The notes: generated by a model not told the origin, from the sequence alone. Shown: positions 49,345 through 59,714, numbered from the stretch's first letter. The stretch is 64,000 nucleotides of DNA from an uncultured delta proteobacterium (GCA_963848135.1 CAWKCK010000003.1:1-64000), one strand, 5' to 3'. A program made the numbers and translations.

Positions 49345-51127
49345 TTAGGTTTCTTTTACAACGATCATCGTATCCGTATCAGCTCTTTCAATTTGTTCGT
49401 CGGTTGTCGTGGCCATTTCCGCTTTGAAACAAAGCGCCCACATCATGACGATACCCAAAATCCACCAGAAAATCTGCCAGGCCCAGAGGGGCATAAATCC
49501 AGCAAATGAAAAAGCGCTGTTGCCTAATATGCAGGCCGGTCCAATGGCAAAAAAGTACCACAAAGGTACGATTATTTTCATAGCCTTGCGCCATTTGCGG
49601 CCCGACTCGCTGGGGCCATCGATATCGTTGAGAAAATTGCGCACCTCGGCTTGCCTCTCAATAGTTTCCTCTTTGTCTTTCATGCCCAGCCCCCGGCAGA
49701 GATATGCGATCACCACTGCTGCAAATAATCCCCAAAAGGCGGTATGCATCGAGAGGGGATAGCGCCAGACGTAATACGTCAGAAAGCAAGCCACTATACC
49801 ACCGGCGGTCCCCAAAGCCGCACCGACACCCGGAAAACGCCAACCCCAATGGACACCTAAAAGCATCAGATACATAACAAAGCCAAAGGCTGTGGCAAAT
49901 CCACCGATAAGAACAATGGCATCTCTGGCCGTCAGGCTAACCACCACCGCAGCGACCGTGACAACCGTAGCTAACAATCTGTTAACCCATATCTGCTCCG
50001 CATGACCGGCTTCCTGTTTGTCGGACGTAGCGCCAGTAAACATCTCTTAGTAAAATCGTACCTCCAGTACCGATGTAGGGAGCTGCCGTTGAGTGGATAG
50101 CCGCTATTGCTCCCAGAAATACCAGGCCGAGAACCGGCCCCGGCAAAAATTTTGTCATCAATATCGGCACGACATCTGCATTTGAGGGAATATCCACGAC
50201 GCCCTGTAAATGAAGGATTCTGGCCCCCATTCCCTGAAACGCTGTAAAAAAGAACAGGGCAACCCCCACCACGAATGTGGACATGAAGACTTGCTGCCAG
50301 GCCAGTGGTTTGGGCGATTTCATGCCGAAGTTCCACAGTATGAACGCGGGGGAAGACTGAATTCCCATCAGAGCAAACATGTACGTCAGCACCATCACCG
50401 CCGTCCAGGGTGGCCCACCGCCTATTCCCCAGTTGATCAGGCTCGGCACAGCCAGGTATTGCTTCTCGAGCCCAGCCACCTTTTGGGTGAAAGCACCCCA
50501 TCCGCCGATGGCATCTGATGTAATAACGAAGTACCCCAGAAGCACAATGCCCCCCACAAGCAGCAAAAACTGCAGCACTCCGACCCAGGTGCTGGCGCGC
50601 AGACCGCCGGATACCACGTAAAACCAGACGATAAACGCCATGAAAATCAGGCCGAAGGTATGCGGCACCCCGGCCACCCAGTGAAACAGGGATGCCGCAG
50701 CAATAAGCTGCAGGCCTGAATAGAACATGGAATAGAGAAAGGCAGTCAGCACCACCAGCCAGCGTACCGCCTCATTGTTGTAATAATAAGCGAACATGTC
50801 TCCCGGAGTGATAAAACCGTAGCGCTTGCCCAAAAGCCAATTGCGCTTGGCAAAAAATGCGCCAGTGATCGGAATGGTCAACACGTAAAAAGACGCGAAA
50901 GCATAGGCCAGGCCATCTCGCCAGATTAACCCCGGATGGCCGATGAAGGTCCAGCCCGAAAAGGATGCAGCGGTGGCCGCCATCAAAAAGGCGATGAAGG
51001 GAATCGACCGGCCGGCAACGGCATATCCGGCCGCCGTTTTCTCCGTAAAATACCCTTTCAGGCCCCAGTAGAAACAATACACAATGTACAAACCAAGCAT
51101 GACATAGACCCAGGTTGTTCCGCTCAT
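49345..51127 (-). CDS. Sodium:solute symporter (SSS) family protein (frameshift near 50020)
   Basis: YAVAGRS, AASFSGWTFIGHPG, YGFITPGD, SGGLRA, AAIHST. The two ORFs join at YWRYVR/KQEAGHAEQ. Confidence 0.9.
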
Positions 51128-51318
51128 TTGACACCTCCTTGGAAAGAAGTCGTTCGTGTTCGACACTCTTCATCACTAACGAATCAGCACCACCCCCTTT
51201 CGCAATGCAATCGTTCCACTGGTTAAACCGCACGATCTGTGGAAACAGACATCGCCAATAGCATTCTCAATCAATTCCACACCTGCGCCCGATACTCGTG
51301 TACAGGAAGAACACCGAA

Positions 51319-51377
51319 ACAATTATACCCAATTGTACTTTTAGTCAAGCATAAAATGTACAATTGGGTATAATTGT
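51319..51377. promoter_or_regulatory. Perfect 20-bp inverted repeat operator pair over the symporter promoter
   Basis: acaattatacccaattgtac-N19-gtacaattgggtataattgt. The minus strand contains TTGACT-N15-TATAAT. Confidence 0.8.
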
Positions 51378-51546
51378 CAGGGTTTTCGCCTGGGGAATAA
51401 GTAGCCCCGCCATTCTAAAAGGGCCGGTATTTAAAGATAATAAGTAATAATCTATGATTTTAGTAATTACAGGAATAATATGTCGAGGATATGGAGAAGG
51501 GACAATCGAACGATGGAAATGCCCAAAAGAGTAAACACTGAGGCAA

Positions 51547-51849
51547 TTATTGCCATATCGAGTGGGTGATTATCAACAACAGGTAGGCAATCAGAATGAT
51601 CACGATCTGGATGTGATCGAATTTAGGCCAAAATGGTCGATCTTGCGGGGGATCGATCGGAAGGGCCATTGCACCCGGGAAAGTAATGATCTCGCAACCG
51701 CTGCTGGTGAAACAGGAAACGTTGCCTATGCTCTTCAACCGCTGCTGAATGATTCGGATGAGTTTTTTGTCCTCTATGCGCTGGGCTTCTCGCAAGATCT
51801 CCTTATAGAGATCGGTGGTTTCGTTGTATGTTTCCATTGGCTCATTCAA
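51547..51849 (-). CDS. Hypothetical protein with C-terminal TM helix
   Basis: 100-aa ORF with RBS gaggt. Confidence 0.55.
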   Translation of the reverse strand: MNEPMETYNETTDLYKEILREAQRIEDKKLIRIIQQRLKSIGNVSCFTSSGCEIITFPGAMALPIDPPQDRPFWPKFDHIQIVIILIAYLLLIITHSIWQ

Positions 51850-51866
51850 TTTAACACCTCACCATA

Positions 51867-52001
51867 TAGCAAGGGTGTTGAAAACGTTATGAGTGCCGCC
51901 AAGACGAGGAAGAATTCGATGCAAATGCTCAAATTATCAATTAGATAGTGAGGTGGTTGCGTCTAATTTTAAGGTCGATCCAACCCAAGCGTTTTTCAAC
52001 A
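51867..52001 (+). repeat. MITE-like element (family B), diverged copy
   Basis: tagcaagggtgttgaaaacgttatgagtgccgccaagac...gtttttcaaca. Confidence 0.7.
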
Positions 52002-52005
52002 ATAA

Positions 52006-52464
52006 TCAGGCGTTCTGCTGAACAAGTTCTTTTTCTGTATCTGCAACGCTAATGCGTGAAAATATATCGGACAGCTTCTCAGCGATATGCTGGAGCAGTT
52101 CCTTGTCTTCTATCATGACGGCCTTGTTGAGCATGTCAATGTAGACTCCCAGATCAGGAACCAACGCTATAATCTTCTTGTGTATAACAATTCCCTCAGG
52201 GGCGGTTTCGGAAGTCTGTCTGGCCAGACTCGACAGGCTCTTCTTTGGTTTAAGAATTTCCGGTGACACCCCGAGAACCCGGGCCATCTTTTTCAAATCA
52301 TCCGTGGTTGGCGTTTGTTTGCCCAGTTCAATATTTTTGATTTTGGTCCGACCGGATTCAAAACTTGTGTCAAACGCTTTGGCACCAAACGTGCCCTGAT
52401 TCATATCTGCACGGCGTCTCAGAATCTGGATGATTTCAGGCTGGTATAATTCCACGGTGACCAT
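52006..52464 (-). CDS. XRE-family HTH transcriptional regulator
   Basis: ILRRRADMNQ...IKNIELGKQTPT..DLKKMARVLGV. Confidence 0.85.
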   Translation of the reverse strand: MVTVELYQPEIIQILRRRADMNQGTFGAKAFDTSFESGRTKIKNIELGKQTPTTDDLKKMARVLGVSPEILKPKKSLSSLARQTSETAPEGIVIHKKIIALVPDLGVYIDMLNKAVMIEDKELLQHIAEKLSDIFSRISVADTEKELVQQNA

Positions 52465-52596
52465 TCCAATCGTTTCATTTTCAGAGGGCGGTACGGGATA
52501 TCCGAGTTGAAGTGCGTAATTAATAGGAAATTAATCGAAATTCGTTGCCAGAAAAGTTGCCCATTTGGTAAAAATTTACACCTTTATGAGGAAATG

Positions 52597-53760
52597 TCAA
52601 TAGATTTTTGGGGAATCATATTTTTTCAGTAATTCTCTGAAAATGACCAGTTTCTGAATGTCCTGGGTTCCTTCACCGAGAGAAGATGCCCAGGCGTCCA
52701 TCGGGAATTTGTGGATCGGGTGTTCGAAAACAACCGATGCAGCCCCGAACAGGTCGGCGGCCCAAGGGGTGACCTCTTTTGCAATCTGCACAGCGAGGTA
52801 TTTGGCCAGAGAGGACTCCTGCCGGAAATCCTGTCCGGCATCCATGAGGCTGCAGGTTTTCCAGAGCATCAGGCGTACGGCCTCCATACGGGCATAAAAA
52901 TCGGCAAATTCAAAAGCCTTGGCCTGAAACTCGATAATTTTCTTACCAAATATTTTCCGTGTAGCGGCACGATTCAAGGCCATCTCGAATGCGCCCAAAG
53001 CGGTACCCAAGGTCAGAGCGCTGATCGGCACCCGGCAGCGTGTAAATATAGCCAGAACCTGTTGAAGTCCCCGACCGCGCTCTCCGAGCAGATGATCGTC
53101 AGGCACATAAACGTTGTCGAATTGGAGCCGTGTAAGGTCCGAGGGTATCCACACCTGTTTGTTAAGTTTTGTGCGTTTGACACCCGGGGCGTTCAAGTCG
53201 ATCAGGAACATTGAGATACGGCGGTTGCGGACGGCGTCAGGATCGGATACAGCCGTAATAACCCCCATATCGGCAATGTAACCATTGGTGACATACGCCT
53301 TGGTTCCGTTAAGCAACCAGCCGTCGTCGGTTTTCTCCGCTTGCATGGCAATACCGGCCACATCACTGCCCGCCAGATTCTCGGTGTTCCCGAGGCACAT
53401 GACGGTTTCGCCCCGGGCTGCTGTTCGGCCGTACTGACTTTTAAGAAACTCCGAACCGAAGAGATACAGGCCAGCAAAACCAAGATTGACGTGGGCCAAC
53501 AGGGCAATGGCCACACCGGGCGACACCTTTGCCAGCTCTTCCTGAAGCAATGCTTCCTTTAGCGCTGATGTTTTCTCCAGTTCTCCATTTTTCCACTGAA
53601 TACCCAGCCAGCCACCGGCCGCAAAGCGGCGGAAAAAATCAACCGGGATTTCACCTTTTTTGTACCACGATGACAGTTGGGGCTTCAGGTTGGTGCTGAG
53701 AAACGTTTTAAAGTCGTCAGCGGCTCTTTTGACATGTGCTGGTATTGAAAAGTCCATCAT
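52597..53760 (-). CDS. Acyl-CoA dehydrogenase family protein
   Basis: TE..AGSDV, WLLNGTKAYVTNG, LGERGRGL, R..FGKKI..FQ, GEGTQDIQKLVI. Confidence 0.93.
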   Translation of the reverse strand: MMDFSIPAHVKRAADDFKTFLSTNLKPQLSSWYKKGEIPVDFFRRFAAGGWLGIQWKNGELEKTSALKEALLQEELAKVSPGVAIALLAHVNLGFAGLYLFGSEFLKSQYGRTAARGETVMCLGNTENLAGSDVAGIAMQAEKTDDGWLLNGTKAYVTNGYIADMGVITAVSDPDAVRNRRISMFLIDLNAPGVKRTKLNKQVWIPSDLTRLQFDNVYVPDDHLLGERGRGLQQVLAIFTRCRVPISALTLGTALGAFEMALNRAATRKIFGKKIIEFQAKAFEFADFYARMEAVRLMLWKTCSLMDAGQDFRQESSLAKYLAVQIAKEVTPWAADLFGAASVVFEHPIHKFPMDAWASSLGEGTQDIQKLVIFRELLKKYDSPKIY

Positions 53761-54233
53761 ACCTCTTTCACTGCAGGAACGAACCGAATGGGGGAGGAGA
53801 ATATGTTTGACCATATTTATGTAATATAGCCATCCGTTGAAAACAAGTAAACACGTGAATACCGTGATGGTACCAACATGTGATTCGGGACCGGAATTCG
53901 GCCCGCATGTTTCGTAAAACTATTGTAGCAAGCAACAAAGCAGAAATGGTGCAGCATAATTATAGAATGATATAAGCATGTTAAAAGATTAGCGTAATCT
54001 CGCTATCAAGAATTTGCGGGCACCTTGAAAAGATCTTGTTTAATTTTCGGGTGAACCGTCCCCCCTTGACTCGGGGCAAATAGGCTACATTATAAACAAT
54101 AATGTAAGGTTTCCGCTCTTACTTTAACTATTTTACAGACCGTTATGTATACTGAAACCAGTTATGAATACTGTGAAGATCGTAGTCCTTTCATCTATAT
54201 TTTTCGCAGCCAGAATAACCAAGGAGTAAGGCC

Positions 54234-55328
54234 ATGCCAAGAACCAAAATTGATCTTCCCTACCATATCGACTACCTTTCCATTCTCGATGAGGAAGGGA
54301 ACCTCGACCAATCTTTGGCGCCGCAAATCTCAGACGATGTTCTGAACCGGCTTTATAGCGGCATGCTTCTCGGACGGCGGTTCGATGAACGACTCCTTAA
54401 CCTCCAACGCCAGGGACGTATCGGCACCTTCCCACCCATCTCGGGGCAAGAGGCATCACAGTTGGGCGCCGTTGCCACGTTGAGGGACACGGACTGGATG
54501 GTTCCGGCGTTCAGAGAAACAACTGCCGAAATCTGGCGCGGCCGAACCCTTGAAAGCGTCATCCTTTCTAATAACGGATACAGCGAGGGTGCCCAGGCCT
54601 CTGAGAAGAGTTTCACTCTGCCGGTTTCAATACCGGTTGGCTCCCAAATGCTTCATGCTGTCGGTATAGGATGGAGTCTTCGATACCGTAAAAAAGACGA
54701 TGTGGCCATGACCTTTTTTGGGGATGGGGCCACATCTGAAGGCGACTTTCACGAGGCTGCCAATTTCGCTGGGGTCTTTCAGGTACCTGTCATTTTTATT
54801 TGCCAAAACAATCAGTGGGCTATTTCATTGCCGCGCAGCAAGCAGACACGATCGCAGACCCTGGCGCAAAAGGCCCTTGCCTATGGATTCCCGGGAATTC
54901 AGGTTGACGGAAACGATGTGCTGGCCGTCTATGCTGCTGCTGCCGAAGCGGTTGAAAGGGCCAGAAAGGGAGAGGGACCGACGCTTATAGAATGTGTCAC
55001 CTACCGGATCTCGGCCCACACCACAGCGGATGATCCCAAACGTTACCGCTCGGAAGAAGAAGTCGAAAGCTGGCGCCAGCGCGACCCATTGCCCCGATTT
55101 CAAAAATACCTTGTCGATAAAGGCCTGCTCAACGATTCAAAAATCGAAGCCCTCGAGGAAGAGATCAAGGTAAAAATCCAGGCGGCTGTCGATGAGGCTG
55201 AGAAGCAAATGAAAGAATTCGGCGATCCGTTAGACATGTTCGATCACCTGTATGCCGATATGCCGCCGCACCTGGCAGGACAGAAGAAATATTTGTCAAA
55301 GGTGCTGTCAGGGGGCAACGAGGAGTAA
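54234..55328 (+). CDS. pdhA: 2-oxoacid (pyruvate/branched-chain) dehydrogenase E1 alpha
   Basis: LQRQGRIG, FGDGATSEGDFHEA..FA...NNQWAIS (TPP motif), YR..AHTTADDP. Confidence 0.9.
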   Translation: MPRTKIDLPYHIDYLSILDEEGNLDQSLAPQISDDVLNRLYSGMLLGRRFDERLLNLQRQGRIGTFPPISGQEASQLGAVATLRDTDWMVPAFRETTAEIWRGRTLESVILSNNGYSEGAQASEKSFTLPVSIPVGSQMLHAVGIGWSLRYRKKDDVAMTFFGDGATSEGDFHEAANFAGVFQVPVIFICQNNQWAISLPRSKQTRSQTLAQKALAYGFPGIQVDGNDVLAVYAAAAEAVERARKGEGPTLIECVTYRISAHTTADDPKRYRSEEEVESWRQRDPLPRFQKYLVDKGLLNDSKIEALEEEIKVKIQAAVDEAEKQMKEFGDPLDMFDHLYADMPPHLAGQKKYLSKVLSGGNEE

Positions 55329-55332
55329 TTCT

Positions 55333-56334
55333 ATGGCCAAAATGACAATGGTTCAGGCCCTCAACCTGGCTCTCAAACAGGAAATGGGAAAAGACGACCG
55401 CGTGATCCTCCTCGGTGAGGATATCGGCCGTGACGGCGGTGTCTTCAGAGTCACAGATGGCCTGATCGATCAGTTTGGGGAAGAAAGAGTTTTGGATACC
55501 CCTTTGGCAGAGGCTGGCATTGTCGGCATGTCGATCGGCATGGCCGTCTACGGTCTCCGACCGGTATGTGAAATTCAGTTCTCTGGGTTCAGCTATGAAG
55601 CCTTCCACCAAATCGAAAACCATGCCGCCCGTATGCGTTGGCGCTCCCAGGGTCGTTTCAGTGTACCGATGGTTCTCCGTACACCTTACAGCGCGGGGGT
55701 CAGGGCGCTCGAACACCACTCCGAGAGTCGTGAAGCCTATTATGCCCATACACCGGGCCTGAAGATGGTCATTCCTTCCGGCCCCCGAATCGCCCGGGCG
55801 CTTTTGGTCAGCGCGATTCGCGACCCGGATCCGGTCATCTTCTATGAATCAAAGGCCCTCTACAGAGCTTTCAGGGAAGAGGTCCCGGAAGAGGAAGAGG
55901 TTTTTCCGATTGGAAAATCTCGAATCGTCCGTGAGGGAAAAAACGTCACACTGATATCCTATGGTACAATGATGCGACCGACTCTCGAGGCAGCCACAAT
56001 ATTAAAGGAAAAGGACGGCGTCGAAGCCGAGGTCATCGACCTATTGACCCTGTCACCCCTGGATGACAGCCTGTTTACCGAATCTGTACGCAAAACCGGA
56101 CGGGCGGTCATCGTCCATGAAGCCCCGCGCAGCTATGGCCCGGGAGCAGAAATACTCAGCAAGCTGGTCGACAGATCTTTTTACTACCTGGAGGCACCGA
56201 TCGCCCGGGTCACCGGCTTTGATGTGATCACCCCGCTGTTCAGCCGGGAGAACGATTACATTCCGAGCGCCGATCGAATCGTGCTCGAAACTGAGAAGGA
56301 CGCTCAAGACACATTGATGGGTTTTGCGGCATAA
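55333..56334 (+). CDS. pdhB: 2-oxoacid dehydrogenase E1 beta
   Basis: GEDIG.DGGVFRVT, DTPLAE, EIQF, EHHSES, VIVHEA. Confidence 0.9.
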   Translation: MAKMTMVQALNLALKQEMGKDDRVILLGEDIGRDGGVFRVTDGLIDQFGEERVLDTPLAEAGIVGMSIGMAVYGLRPVCEIQFSGFSYEAFHQIENHAARMRWRSQGRFSVPMVLRTPYSAGVRALEHHSESREAYYAHTPGLKMVIPSGPRIARALLVSAIRDPDPVIFYESKALYRAFREEVPEEEEVFPIGKSRIVREGKNVTLISYGTMMRPTLEAATILKEKDGVEAEVIDLLTLSPLDDSLFTESVRKTGRAVIVHEAPRSYGPGAEILSKLVDRSFYYLEAPIARVTGFDVITPLFSRENDYIPSADRIVLETEKDAQDTLMGFAA

Positions 56335-56356
56335 ATCTCATGTGAGGAGACAATCT

Positions 56357-57679
56357 ATGGCCAGATCTTTCAAACTGCCTGATCTCGGTGAGGGCATTCA
56401 CGAGGGGGAAGTCATTGCGGTGCTTGTCGCGGTCGGTGATGCGGTCAATGAAGGTGACCCGATCCTCGAAGTCGAAACCGACAAGGCCTCCGTCGAAATC
56501 CCCTCGCCCTACAGCGGTAAAGTTAATGAAATTCTGGTCAAGGCCGGGGATGTCGTTAAGGTTGGTGATGTACTCATAACTTTCAGTGATGGCGAGGATG
56601 AGGATCAAGATGAGAGAGCCGAAACCCAACCCCTGCCCGCTGAAAAAGCCATTGAAAGAGAAGCCGAATCGATCGAAAAGAAAGATGAAAAGGTGACGAG
56701 GCCCGAAACTCCCGCACGTGCCGATGGTCCGCTCCCGGCCTCACCGGCCACCCGCCGACTGGCACGCGAGCTTGAAGTTGAATTGCATGATGTCCCACCG
56801 ACCGGTCCCGGCGGGTTGGTCACTGCCGAGGATGTTCGCACGTTTGCTAAACAGGGAGGCGTAACGACAACAGATGGAGCGGATGCAGAAAGCAATGCAA
56901 TTTCAGGCGGCTTGCCCATTGCGACTCCGTCACCGGTGCTGCCTGATTTCTCTAAATGGGGGCCAATCGACCTCTTGCCCCTGCGATCGATCCGAAAGGC
57001 CACCGCCCGACAAATGGCTTTGGCCTGGTCCCAGATCCCACACGTGTCGAGTCAGGATGATGTCGACGTCACCCGGTTGGAACATCTCCGTCGCCGCCAC
57101 AAGGAAGCCGTCGAAAAGCTCGACGGTCGCCTCACGTTAACCGTTTTTGCCGTAAAGGCCGCTGCTGCCGCGTTGAAAAAATTTCCGCAATTCAACGTAT
57201 CCCTCGACGTGGAAAACGGCCGGATTATACGAAAAAAGTATATCCATATTGGCGTTGCAACCGACACGGGCGATGGACTTGTGGTTCCCGTCCTTCGCAA
57301 TGCCGATCAGAAGAACATGGTCGACATTGCGGTTGAACTCAGTGAGTTGGTCGGAAAGGCCCGGGCCCGTAAAATCGGCCTTGAAGAACTTCAAGGCGGC
57401 ACTTTTACAATTACCAACATGGGCGCCGCCGGGGGTAGGGGGCACTTTTCCCCGATCATAAATTTTCCGGAGGCCGCCATACTGGGGATGGGTGCTGCCC
57501 GCCTGAAACCGGTATTCAAGGAAACGGATGACGATGCCCCAAAAATCGCCGCGCGGTTGATCCTTCCGGTGGTACTGACCATCGACCACCGGGTCCTGGA
57601 TGGTGTCGATGCCGCACGATTCCTCGAATACCTCCGTAACGCACTCGAAGATCCCGGGAATATGCTGCTGTCGATCTAA
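56357..57679 (+). CDS. pdhC: Dihydrolipoamide acyltransferase E2
   Basis: Lipoyl motif VETDKA, E3-binding ASPATRRLARE, catalytic DHRVLDG. Confidence 0.9.
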   Translation: MARSFKLPDLGEGIHEGEVIAVLVAVGDAVNEGDPILEVETDKASVEIPSPYSGKVNEILVKAGDVVKVGDVLITFSDGEDEDQDERAETQPLPAEKAIEREAESIEKKDEKVTRPETPARADGPLPASPATRRLARELEVELHDVPPTGPGGLVTAEDVRTFAKQGGVTTTDGADAESNAISGGLPIATPSPVLPDFSKWGPIDLLPLRSIRKATARQMALAWSQIPHVSSQDDVDVTRLEHLRRRHKEAVEKLDGRLTLTVFAVKAAAAALKKFPQFNVSLDVENGRIIRKKYIHIGVATDTGDGLVVPVLRNADQKNMVDIAVELSELVGKARARKIGLEELQGGTFTITNMGAAGGRGHFSPIINFPEAAILGMGAARLKPVFKETDDDAPKIAARLILPVVLTIDHRVLDGVDAARFLEYLRNALEDPGNMLLSI

Positions 57680-57716
57680 CCCGTAAATTACATGAGAATA
57701 AGGAGAATACCCTGGT

Positions 57717-59138
57717 ATGGTCATGGGTGAACTGGCACAGGAGGCCGATCTGCTCGTCATCGGGGGTGGCCCCGGCGGTTATGCCGCAGCCTTTCGGGCG
57801 GCCGATCTCGGAATGGATGTCACTCTTGTTGACATCTCCGATCGCCCCGGTGGGGTGTGCCTGTTCCGAGGGTGCATACCTTCCAAAACCTATCTCCACC
57901 TTTCGGAACTGATTCACGACGCCGCCCATGCGGCGGAGATCGGCCTGAAATTCGGTCCACCCGAAATCGATCTTGACACTATTCGTGCCCACAAAGGCAA
58001 AGTGGTCGACAAACTGGCTAACGGCCTGGTCAGTCTGAGTGAGAGCCGGGGCGTCCAGCGAATCAGAGGCCGGGTCGTTTTCGAAGGGTCGGACAGCGTC
58101 CGCATCCACGAATCGGAAATCAGCCACATCAAATACCGCCATGCGATACTCGCCACCGGTTCCCGCCCGATCCCTTTTCCGGGCACCCCATTCAAAAAAA
58201 ACGGTCGAATCATGAATTCGACCGGTGCGTTGGAATTGGCGGATATACCCTCCACTCTGCTGGTTGTCGGCGGTGGGTATGTCGGCCTGGAGCTCGGTTC
58301 GGTCTATGCCGCTTTAGGTTCGAAAGTCAGTGTGGTCGAACTCGGAGACCGGTTGCTGCCGGGTGTCGACTCGGATCTGGTGGAACCACTTAAACGGCGC
58401 CTGGAGGGCAGCTTTGCGTCCATCACGCTAAATACCCAGGTTGACGCTCTGGAAGAAAACGACGAGCGCGTGATGGTAAGTTTCGACGGTGGCCACCAGC
58501 AAAGTTTCGATCGCGTGCTCGTGGCGATCGGGCGCCACCCAAACACCAAGAACTTGGGGCTGGAACATACCGGCGTCAAACTGGATGAACGCGGATTTGT
58601 CATCGCGGACGAACACATGCGCACGGCCGACGAAAGAATCTTTGCCGTCGGCGATGTCATCGGCGGAATGATGCTGGCCCATAAAGCCACGTACGAAGGT
58701 AAAATTGCTGCTGAAGTGATCGGGGGCGAGCCATCGGCGTTCGATGCCAGGGCCATGCCGGCCGTCGTCTACACTGATCCTCAAATTGCCTACTGCGGTC
58801 TTACTGAAGAAGACGCCCGGCGCCAGAAAATAAAAGTGCAAGTGAATCGATTCCCTTGGAAATTTTCCGGGCGTGCAACGACAATGGATGCACCGGAAGG
58901 TTTGACGAAAATGATCGTCGCGGCCGATACCGGACGCATTTTAGGCGTCGGCTTTACAGGTAGAGGTGCAGAGGGACTCATCTCGGAAGGCGTCTTGGCG
59001 GTGGAGATGGGTGCATTGGCACAGGATTTGGCTCTGAGCATTCACCCGCATCCCACACTATCGGAAACCGCGATGGAGGCGGCCGAGATTTACATGGGCT
59101 CGTCAACGCACATCATTACTCGTAAAAATCGCCGTTAG
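57717..59138 (+). CDS. lpdA: Dihydrolipoyl dehydrogenase E3
   Basis: GGGPGGY, GGVCLFRGCIPSK, GGGYVGLE, HPHPTLSE. Confidence 0.96.
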   Translation: MVMGELAQEADLLVIGGGPGGYAAAFRAADLGMDVTLVDISDRPGGVCLFRGCIPSKTYLHLSELIHDAAHAAEIGLKFGPPEIDLDTIRAHKGKVVDKLANGLVSLSESRGVQRIRGRVVFEGSDSVRIHESEISHIKYRHAILATGSRPIPFPGTPFKKNGRIMNSTGALELADIPSTLLVVGGGYVGLELGSVYAALGSKVSVVELGDRLLPGVDSDLVEPLKRRLEGSFASITLNTQVDALEENDERVMVSFDGGHQQSFDRVLVAIGRHPNTKNLGLEHTGVKLDERGFVIADEHMRTADERIFAVGDVIGGMMLAHKATYEGKIAAEVIGGEPSAFDARAMPAVVYTDPQIAYCGLTEEDARRQKIKVQVNRFPWKFSGRATTMDAPEGLTKMIVAADTGRILGVGFTGRGAEGLISEGVLAVEMGALAQDLALSIHPHPTLSETAMEAAEIYMGSSTHIITRKNRR

Positions 59139-59158
59139 AAAGCAAAATTAAATATTTT

Positions 59159-59650
59159 TCATTCGAGCTGCTTCAGCTGATTCAAGAAATCCTCATTGTT
59201 AGGAACGCCTTTTTGAACGAACCGGATGACGCCGCTCTTGTCAATAAGATAGGTAATCCTTCCCCTACCGTAGAGCTTCTTGATCGCTTTGTCATCATCG
59301 GATATAAGCGGAAACCCGATGCCGTTCTTTGCCGTAAATTCTTGATGCGTTTCTATACTGTCACCGCTGACACCGATAATCTGTGCATCCCATTTTTTAA
59401 ATTCTTCCAGATCACGCTGGAAAGCAATAATTTCATCAGTTCAGACCGGTGTGAATATGGCGAAATAGAGCGCCAGAACGACGTTTTGCTTTCCAATAAA
59501 ATCTGTCAGTTGAATCTGCCCTTCCGTGGAATTACCGCCAAATAACGGGGCCTTATCGCCGACATCGAGTGCGAATGACACTGCAGGGGCCAGCAATGTA
59601 TTCATTGCGATAAACCATGCTAAAATAACAATTTTTGATTTCTTCATCAT
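59159..59650 (-). CDS. Selenocysteine-containing peroxiredoxin (AhpC/BCP-like) with signal peptide
   Basis: In-frame TGA (59441-59443) at the peroxidatic position LYFAIFTPV-U-TDE. The frame continues ...QIIGVSGDSIETHQEF...FPLISD...RITYLIDKSGVIRF...LE*, giving 163 aa. Confidence 0.88.
59404..59423 (-). promoter_or_regulatory. Putative bacterial SECIS hairpin
   Basis: UUCCAG-CGUGAU-CUGGAA stem-loop starting 18 nt 3' of the UGA, with G in the apical loop. Confidence 0.65.
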
Positions 59651-59684
59651 TCCCTCCTTTACGATTCCTTTTAAGATAAGAATA

Positions 59685-59714
59685 ACCGGGCGCCGGGATT
59701 TCTGACGCCCGGTT
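59685..59714. terminator. Hairpin between sod and the peroxiredoxin gene
   Basis: aaccgggcg...cgcccggtt. Confidence 0.6.

Noticed and set aside
59213..59545. 110-aa plus-strand ORF
   Set aside because: It is the antisense shadow of the Sec-peroxiredoxin.
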